Source: Seison nebaliae (taxonomy: Eukaryota). From it: a stretch of DNA of 37,540 nt. This document shows positions 13,727-25,165 of the stretch, piece by piece. The position numbers were made by a program, and so were the translations under genes. The notes below the pieces were generated by a model. That model did no database searches. It worked only from the letters and a program-made list of their open reading frames with translations, and was not told the origin of the DNA. The stretch covers positions 1 through 37,540 of the forward strand of contig JALJEE010003266.1 of assembly GCA_023231475.1 (NCBI GenBank). Direction: 5' to 3'. How positions within the stretch are numbered: the first letter of the stretch is position 1; every line of letters starts with the position of its first letter.

Positions 13727-14721
13727 CTTACTATTCGAGATCTGATATGTATCTTTTTCGAATAACTTTCTTTTCGATCGACTTTATTAAATAGTTGAGA
13801 TTATATAACTTCAACTCAAAATCGTGTCATTTATGTAGATTTGGTGGGAAAGTTTGATTGTTGATGAGTAGACAACCAACAAACGAAAGAGAAATAAATC
13901 GAAACAAAATTGAACAAATCGTATTTTATTTAGTGATATCAATTTGAAAGTATTAGCTCGTTTCTTTTTTTTTATATCAACTCCCAAGGACCACTACTCA
14001 ACAACGACAACTATTCACAATAACAATTTTTTTAAAGCAAAAATAATATTCTTCTTTTTCGCGAAAAATATTATATTGAAAGAAATTTATTAGGAATGAG
14101 AAAAGATGAGCGAATAAATGAATGAATGAATGAATGAATCTTCAATTAGTTCATATTCATACACTACTGATGAGAAAAGGAAGAGAAATGAGGAAAGAAA
14201 TAGTTGGACGGAAAGATAATTAATAAATACATTTCTATCAATTCATCACGTACATTCACTTTCGAATGACAAGACAAATAGAATCGACTCAAATTCAGGA
14301 AGAATGAATTTCTATTTTCTGCAAGATTTGGTTGTTGTTGTTGTTTTGAGAAAATATTAAGAAGATTCGGTAGACTAAAAAAAAAGCGTTTGAGAATGAC
14401 ATGTCACAAGAACAGGAATATGTTTGGAGAAAAAATTGGAAGAATGACGTTGAGAAAATAAATTACAGAAAAGTTGAAAGAAATTGTTTAATTGTGCAGA
14501 AAATATAAAAGAATTTTTATACTAAACAAATTTGATATCGACCAAAAATTTTTATTCAAAAATTTTTTTAATTGTCGAAATTAATTCATCGATTCAATTG
14601 TCGATTCATCGAAATTAATTGATGAATTTTTGTTTTTCGATGAAATTGTTGAAATTGAAATAGTTAACAGTTAAAAAGAAGTTCGCCTGTGAATTGAATA
14701 TAAACAATTATAATGTCTCTA

Positions 14722-16628
<1,907 letters not shown>

Positions 16629-16841
16629 CTTTTTATAAAGAAGACAGATAATTCTATGAAATGATCAATTTAATTCTACAATACGAGAAACTAATAACAA
16701 TTATTTCGAAATTAAAAGATTCCGTTAAAAAAAAGAGAGGAAATTTAAAAAAATTATAAAATTATTCTAGTCGAAAACAAAAGAATTCTTTATTTTCTTA
16801 ATTCAGTTTCCTTTCTTATAAGGAATAATTGAAAACGGAAT

Positions 16842-17225
16842 TCAATTCCGTTTCGGTTGTGCCATTCGGTTACTTTTCATCTGTTCATTCAACGAGTAGA
16901 AGATATTACGATTATAGTTCAGATATTCAGTTTGTTTATAATCAGAACTGTTTATCGAACTAGTACGAAGAGCCTCCTTCCACCTCATTCCTTCCATAAT
17001 TGTGTGATAAGTTTACACGTCGATTCAAACGGAATACAAATACATCATTTTTTCCAAACAAACAATTTTGAAAGTTCATTCAAAATTGTCATATAAACAC
17101 AAAAAAGAAAGCATATTTAATTAGATTTTATTTTTAAACTATTAAATTTAACCACATCCACTTTTTGTCGGCATATTGGAAATGAAACGCATGGACATAA
17201 GTAGGGATTTATTCGCCGATTGCAT
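16842..17225 (-). CDS. NDUFV3: Complex I accessory subunit NDUFV3-like, 73 aa (not in the ORF track)
   Basis: Exons 17225-17153 and 16990-16842; 162-nt phase-1 intron, GTTAAA..AAG. Protein: MQSANKSLLMSMRFISNMPTKSGCGMRWKEALRTSSINSSDYKQTEYLNYNRNIFYSLNEQMKSNRMAQPKRN. The N-terminus lacks acidic residues, like a mitochondrial presequence. The C-terminus has the YK..EY..YN...FY.....M...R..QP pattern of NDUFV3. AATAAA follows at 16794-16789. Confidence 0.75.
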
Positions 17226-17627
17226 GACCTTCAACATCATCTTGTCTATTATTGTAGATCTCACAGAAGAAGAAATTTCAACAGTCAAAATTAAAATTCA
17301 GCTCTTGTTTCGAATCATCTTCAAAATAGAAATCTCACAAATAATCATCACATAGAAAAATAATAAAATAGTAATCTGAGCAGCTCCTTTCTAAAAACAT
17401 TCTACTTATCTCAATTACGTAAATTTATCTTCTTATCTAACTCTAAACAACTACAGTTACTGTATTATTATCGTCTTCGACACTCGGTAGCTAACACTAT
17501 TAAAAGTTTAATAATGTTTCTTTTCGACATTTGTCATTGTCATCATCAACATTCAAATATAATGTTTTCTAAACAAATTTTATGTCATCAAATAAATTAT
17601 TAAAATTTTCTTTTTTACTTATTGAAA

Positions 17628-18367
17628 ATGACGAAAACATCTCGCCGAATTACACATGTTAAAACATTTTATAGGAAATTTAATTGAATTTTATTTGAAA
17701 TTCTTTAGGAATTATCTTTATTACCCCGAATAAAATCATCAGGAATATCGGCCCGTGTAAATTCTTCAAATCTTCGTCACATTTTCGCAAAGATTATCGG
17801 ACCGAAAGCAACTCCATATGAAGGAGGTGTATTTAGATTGGAATTGTTTTTGACGGAAAAGTTTCCCTATGAGGCACCTAGAGTTTTGATGAAAACGAAA
17901 ATTTATCATCCCAATATCGATTCCATCGGACGGATTTGCCTTGATATTCTTGCAAGTTGCCGCTAATATCTAAAAAATTAATTAAAATCAATTTGAATTT
18001 CGATAGATAATTGGACACCTATATTAAATATAGAGAATGTTCTGATATCAATTCAATATTTAATAGCAACACCCAATATTGAAGATCCTTTGAATTTTTC
18101 GGCGGCAAATCATTGGAAGAAAGATCGAAAATCTGCAGAACAAACTGGTTTGAGAAATATTTTAAGATTTTAAAAATATTTGAATATCGTGCACAAAGAA
18201 TTCCATGCACAAAATTTACTTTCCTTTGGAATGTGTTCAACATTCTTCAATATCTCACAAGAACATTCTGAACATTTTGAAAAGAATTTACTCAACATAT
18301 TTTCCCTTTCTCTCTCTCTCTTTCTGTTTTAGCAAAGAATTTTACAAGAAAATATGCATTCCAATGA
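17628..18367 (+). CDS. UBE2N: Ubiquitin-conjugating enzyme E2, divergent UBE2N/Ubc13-like, 150 aa (not in the ORF track)
   Basis: Exons 17628-17657, 17709-17955, 18007-18147, 18333-18367. [14 protein letters not shown], catalytic [37 protein letters not shown] and AKNFTRKYA are collinear with Ubc13. It may be a paralogue rather than the orthologue. Confidence 0.85.
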
Positions 18368-18511
18368 ATTGATCGCTCAACATTCCATTGACATATTTTA
18401 CATTTCAATCCAATTAGTATTTAAGAAAAGTGACTACTATGATTTGATTATTATTTGATTAATTTTACTCACAACAACTCAAGTGACGAATAAATATTTG
18501 ATTAATAAAAA

Positions 18512-19328
18512 ATGACAAAGAGATCAAGATCATCTTCTTCCGCTAATCATTTGCCGTTGCAGAAAGTTCGAAAGTTTCGGGGAAATAATTTAACAAATGA
18601 ATCCGTTCAAATCTTGACTAATTGGTACAACGAACATATTACCGATCCATATCCGAATAAGATTGAATCCGATCAATTAGCAGAATTATGTAGAATCGAT
18701 TCAAAAAAAGTTTATTTTTTTTTCTTATTCATAAATTTCAATTAATTATTTTCTTTTTATTTAGGTACGATGTTGGTTCAATAACAAACGAGCTCGAAAT
18801 AAAAGATCGAATAACGTTAGTAATAATCAGAGAAAGTATAATGAACATGTTAATGAACTCGAATTATTAGAAGTCAATTTACCAAGTCCAATAAGTAAAG
18901 ATGAAACAATTTCGGACGACAGCGGTATATCAGAAGAAAAACAAAATATTTCGGAATATTCAACTTTATCAATCACGCCATCCAATTATACAACGTGCAA
19001 CGATAATATTTACAATTTCATGAATTCAACATCAAACGAATCAGGAATAACTCAACCAACCATATTGTCAACTGAATCAGAATCAAAAGAAGAAGAACTT
19101 GGAGAATACGATAATCTTTTCGTCGAATGTTATAACAATGAATATTATCAATCATATCTTCAATATCTCAATTATATCTGGTATTTTCAATATTATCAAC
19201 AACTTCAATTAGGATCTCAAGGATTATCCAACGAACATCTAAATGATCAATCAAATTATCAATATTATTCATCGTATAGTCAAAATGATATCGAACAACT
19301 GAACAATACAAATTCTACAGAACACTAA
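18512..19328 (+). CDS. TALE-class homeodomain transcription factor, 253 aa, divergent (SPILE/PBX-like helix 3)
   Basis: Exons 18512-18709 and 18765-19328; 55-nt phase-0 intron, GTTTAT..TAG. Homeodomain LTNESVQILTNWYNEHITDPYPNKIESDQLAELCRIDSKK|VRCWFNNKRARNKR has the TALE PYP loop. The tail is acidic and Tyr/Gln-rich. Confidence 0.88.
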
Positions 19329-19999
19329 AAATTTAATCTTTTGTTTTATATATCTATTTATTCTTAATTATATTCATTATTAAAAGTTTATTAAATTATT
19401 TTATTATTTTTTGACGTTTCGTTTTACAAAAAATTTCAGTCTTAATTCATTCTCTCGGACAATTAACTTATTAGAAATTTAAGTTGATAAGTGTAACTTG
19501 GTTAAAAGAAATTGGTAAAAAAACGGTAAATATTGTAAACTACTATAAGAAGTTTGATTTTGAAGTTTTTAAAAAAAAAGGAAAAAAATATTTAAAATTT
19601 CTTGATATTTAGTAAATGGAAAATATTGAATATTTTTTAAAAAAAGTTGTATTGAAGTGAAATTGTCAGTTGATTGAGTAGCTTCGTTTATAAAATTAAT
19701 GGTGTTCTCAAAATTAAGAAAACAACTGGGAAAATAATGTTAAACCGATTGGCAACGTCAGCAATTCTTTTGATAATAATAAATAATTGTAAACATTTTT
19801 TATTGAATAAAAAATTGAAATGCTTTTAAGATTTGAGTGATGTTTGTGATTGAAGTTTACCTAGAAACCTTTTTGAATAAATTGATTATGAGTGGAACGA
19901 ATTGTTATTTTTTTTGTTTTCTCTTTATTTTCTATATAACCGAAAATTGAAAAGTTAAGTAATATCTTTTTGAACATCAAAGGCTCCTTGTCTCGTACA

Positions 20000-21311
20000 A
20001 TGGATGTAGGTAAAATGGAGAAATTGGGGAATGTCGAACCGATTTTGGTTTTAGGAGGAACGGGATTTATGTCTGCACAATTATTACGAAGTTATTTGCA
20101 AAGAGAAGAGAAGCCGATGCATAATCGTCATGTCTATTTCCTTTGTCGTGGAAATTGGGATTGGGATGATGCCAACGATATTTTGCCTCATTTCACATTC
20201 ATCAAATTCGATCGACGACGAGACGATATCGATCAAGTTCTGAGTAAAGCGAATATCACAAGTAAATTATTTTCGTTCGTTATCGATTTCAGTTGTTATA
20301 AAGAAGAAGTCTGTCAACGAATCATTCCATTTATCAGACGAAGATGTCTACTTTATATTTTCATAAGTACTGATTCCGTTTATGATATGATAACTGAAGA
20401 TGAGATCGATGTATTGAAAGGAAAAAGAAGGAAAGAAAATGGGAAAAAGATGTGGGAAATCGAAGAAAAGGATTTGAATCATCAACAAGTGATGGAGAAA
20501 CGTCGGAAATCCGTTCAAGAGAAAGATTATTCAATGCAAAAATTTCTTTGTGAGAATTTAATAATAAAAGAATTCAGTCGATCAACCGTCGGTCATTATC
20601 TCATTTTTAGATTACCAGATGTAGTTGGTGCTCGAGATGGAACTCATCGATGGTGGATTTATCAATTGTTGATGCAATATTCCAATTATCCATTAGCTGT
20701 TTATAACCATAATCCGATAACGTCATTCGTCTACCATATGGATGTCAGTAATATTATACTTCATATAATCAATTATTATTCTACAGGTTTAATTATTCCC
20801 AAATCCATCATTATCAAATTAAAAAAAATATCGTAATGATTTTTTTTTACTTTTAGAAAATAACCGAAAATTATATGGACATTTAATCCAAGATCAAATT
20901 TTCAATTTAGCGACAGAAAATTTGAGTCTTGACCAATTGCTATATTCGATGGCACAATATTTGAATGTGGATGAACTGTTGTTGAGAAAGCAATCGTATG
21001 TAAAAGCAGTGACAGGTTATCCATCCATCGAATTCAATGGATCAATGTCGGTGGAGAAAGTTAAACGAATGTTGACAGTCGAATTTAGTCGATGGGAAGA
21101 TGTTGTGAAAGAAACGGTCGACTTCTTCGAAGCATCTCAACATGACGACAATTTTCTGGCTGTGATAGATGAAATTCTTACTGATAATTGGTTGCCAGGG
21201 AAAGAAGATAAAAAGTATTTTCTTCAACAATTACTCGATAGGAAGATGAATTTGACGAATAAAATGAGGTCGAAATTGAAAGAGTTGATGACTGAACTTG
21301 ATAAAAGTTAG
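20000..21311 (+). CDS. Atypical extended SDR / NAD-dependent epimerase-dehydratase family protein, ~413 aa
   Basis: Exons 20000-20786 and 20857-21311; 70-nt phase-1 intron. Rossmann motif ILVLGGTGFMS, then RGNWDWD, VIDFSCY, YIFISTDSVY, YSMQK (YxxxK), FRLPDVVGARD, SFVYHMDV and QIFNLA. Confidence 0.85.
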
Positions 21312-23781
21312 ACACGGAAATTTTATTGTCTTCTAATTTAGAAGTTCTAAATGTTCCAAAATATTTTTATGTCAAAAAAATTTTCATAAGATGGTAATTG
21401 AAACCGTCGATAATAAAATGGTAATAAATGTCAAATATATTTCGTTTTAGGTAAAAGAAGAAAATCAAGACAAGAACTCTAAGAAGAAGGTCGAAGTGAT
21501 TGAGTATTGTCTTCGAATTTCTCTCCAATGAATTCGTAATTACCACTATTTAGGCAAGTAACAGAATTAATTTACTACGAAAAAACATCTCAAGGTAAAG
21601 ATTGATGAAGGAAAAAGTTGTTCATATAATTTTCATTTTATTACTCATCACAAACTATTATGACATACCTCTGCGATGTGGTTAAAAAGTTGAGAAATTG
21701 TAATTACATCAAGGACGTCTCTTCTCTTCTCTTTTGTCTACTAATAAATAATCAGAATTCGAATATTGATTTTTTTATTCTTATCATCTCAATATGATAA
21801 GATCAACTAATGAACCATAAGATGATTCGAAGTTATTCAGAAAAATTTGAGATTTCTTCCTGATTGATTTAATGAAATTGTTAAAGACATTCTTTTTCAC
21901 TAATGTTCATAATTTCATTCAGTAAGTAATCAGGAAATTTGTATAATACGAGAAATTATTGAATAAGAAACTAAAACTGAATTTGTTGTTAAGGAAATGG
22001 AAATCGAGACATTGAGTTCTCTAAACATTTATTGAGTTCCATACTATGAGCTCCACTAATATTTATCGATTTGACAACGAATTAAAGTTCTCAATCGAAT
22101 TTCAGGTTAGAAGATTTTTTGTCAATTTCAGAAATATTTATGTATCGTTATAACAACAATATCATATAAATGATAATCTATTTCATAAATAAACGATGAT
22201 CAATGTTAATGAAAGTAATGAAGATATTTGTAGAGAATGAGTTTCATTTAAAAATTTTTATTTCCAAGTCTTATTTCTAGAAGAAAATGAAATAAATTTA
22301 TGTAGTAAATGATGATTGGAAGTAAGATTAAACGTTTCGATATTTATATGAATTTTTCCTTCTAATAACAAATTATTCAAGAAGGAGAATACGTGATAAA
22401 AAATGACGACGATCCATTTCACGTGATTCACTAATATTTACGTAATATTTCATTCCTAATCGATAGGGTAACATGAACAAATAAAAATTATTATCATTTC
22501 CTAATAAAAACAGTTAATATTCATTGAAATTTATTCTATAGTTTTTTCCTTTACTTCTAATATACAAATTGTCTATTTATTCAAAGATTCATTAGTAAAT
22601 CAATATTCACATCAACAATATTATTACATATGAAAATGAGAATGTTTATAGTTCAGTTTAAGAAGAAATTACTGTCAATCAAAATCTCCTCATTCCATAA
22701 TAGTTCATTTACAAGTTTACGCAATCTATCCATCTACATTATTATGTATTATCTATTCATGCCTCTTTCGAATATGTGGAATTGGGAAGTTGAACGGAGT
22801 TTTATGTCCAAATTGGGAAATAAGTTGACCTATTTCTCTCACAATAAATTGAAGACGGATAATTCCATTTTTAATTTGACAAGAATAATCTTTTTTTTTT
22901 GAAATGATCTATGAATATTTATTTGAATATGGTAATGATTGAAATGTCAAATTTAAATGATTTCTTTTGTCTTCTCCAGATTTCGAGAAGTTCTTTCTTA
23001 TTATCTTTTTATATTGTTTAGAGTTCAAAAAAGTATTATTGATGAAATGGAATCAAACTTATATTATCTGTCAACTATGAATCCAGTTCTCTATCAATTC
23101 TTCCACCAATCTCAACAGTCACATCAATTTAGTCTGTTCAATCTCCATTCAAATCAATCAAAATCTTATGACGATTTTTCCCCATTTACAAATCCATCAA
23201 CATTTGGAGATTTTATCAATTTGTCATTAGTTATTATTAAACTTCCATTTTCAACTCTTCAATATCATATCAAGAAATTGAGGAACTCGTAACATTACTC
23301 TGAATATTTAATAAGAAAAATAAATACATATTTCAATAGGACAGCTTTGCATTTATTTATCGTTTGAAATTAAGCCTAGTTGTGTGCATGAGACAAATAA
23401 GATGATAATTAGTTCCGTAATTTTATGGGAGAGCAGGAATATTATAGTAAGAAATTGGTCAATGGAAAAGATATGATTTTATATATCTTACATATATCTC
23501 TTATTATTGTTAATAAAAAAATATATATATATTATTTTTTTTTAAATTTTCAATTCCATATTTTCGACCTTGTAACTCTTTCCTGATGATATTCATCGAA
23601 TTAATATCGTCTAAATCTTCTTTATGAAAATATTTTTCAACTCATAAGTCCGCCACGTGTCCCGGTATGAAGTGGCAAGAAAGTTTAAGCGTATCATGAA
23701 TTATGAATTCTTTTTTTTTTTTTATTCAACAATTGGCAGTCAAATCACTTAATTCTTCAACCAACATTAGAACTGCAAATT

Positions 23782-25165
23782 ATGTTTGTTACAATCACAG
23801 TCATCTTGGCAACATTCATTTTAATCCAATTTATTCACTTTATTTCCAAGAAAGTTTTTTTTTCATTTAATTAAATTTTCTTTGTATTCGGATTTCAGTA
23901 TCGAGGACCAGATGCTACGGGATTAGCATATGATGATCGAATTGAATCAGAAAGAAAATTTATTAATCTTCCATCGTCATTAAAAACACCATCATTATAC
24001 AATCTACCCACAATCACATTATCTGTCGTCGTTCCGGCCTATAATGAAGAATTAAGATGTTTAATTTCACTTAAATTTTATCTTTAAATTAATCCCAATC
24101 GAAGTACCAACTATGATAGAAGAATGCGTAAATTTTTTGGAGATGAAGAAAGTTAAATTTTTAAAGCATTTTTATATTTATTTGCAGCAATTTCTTAGAA
24201 ACAAATTGAAAATTTTATTTATGAAATCATTATAGTTAGTGATGGTAGTAATGATAATACAGTGAGTGTTAGAATTTCTTCAATTCTTTTCCATTTCACT
24301 TTTGCATGACAGGTGGGAAAAAGCATGAGCATCAAATATGGAGGAACAGATATTCGAGTTATCAATTTGGTGAAGAATCGAGGAAAGGGTGGAGCAGTTC
24401 GTGCGGTTTTGATATTTATTTTTATTATATATATATATATTATTGAGGATATTTATTGATTATTATAGGGATTTTTGTCAAGTCGTGGAAAATATATATT
24501 ATTTGCTGATGCTGATGGTGCAACAAAATTTTCGGAATATGATAAGTTGGAGAAACGAATTAATGATAAATTGACAGAAGTTAATTTTATTTTAATTTGT
24601 TATGAGAAATTTTATGAACTATCTCAATTTTGAAGAATAATAATGATATTGCAATTATTTGTGGGTCCAGATCTCATTTGGAAGAAGAGTCTATTGCGCA
24701 AGTTAATTATAATTGAAGTTGATGTGAGAATTGAAATTTAACTTGGAACAAAATAGAGATCGATGTTTCGAACATTCCTAATGAAAGGATTTCATTTCCT
24801 TCTCAGAACAATTGCGGTGGATTGTATTCGTGATACACAATGTGGATTCAAGTTGTTTACGAGAAAAGCGGCAATATTAACATTCTCCAACATGCACATT
24901 ACAAGATGGTTCATTCCAATAAACATTTTTTATTTATACAACTTTTTGTCTTTTTAGGGCGTTTGATGTCGACATATTGTTTATCGGAACGAAATTAAAT
25001 GTGGAGATTGACGAAATCTGTGTCGATTGGCATGAAGTCGATGGAAGTAAAATTGTTCCTGTATGGTCGTGGTTGGAAATGGCAAGAGATATCGTGTTCA
25101 TTCGACTAATGTATTTGTTAAACATTTGGAAGATTGATGAGAGTCATCGATTGCGTTCTGAATAA
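23782..25165 (+). CDS. ALG5: Dolichyl-phosphate beta-glucosyltransferase, 325 aa, 9 exons
   Basis: Exons 23782-23853, 23899-24058, 24105-24151, 24199-24267, 24313-24405, 24469-24579, 24636-24701, 24757-24908, 24958-25165. N-terminal TM helix, LSVVVPAYNEE, NRGKGGAVR, LFADADGATKF, GSRSHLE, IRDTQCGFKLFTR, RWAFDVD and GSKIVPVWSWLEM. Confidence 0.96.

Noticed and set aside
14570..14650. Imperfect palindromic/repeated TCGAAATTAATT and TTCATCGA units downstream of PCYT2
   Set aside because: Short, AT-rich and irregular, with no clear TIR/TSD or stable long stem; insufficient for a MITE or ncRNA call.
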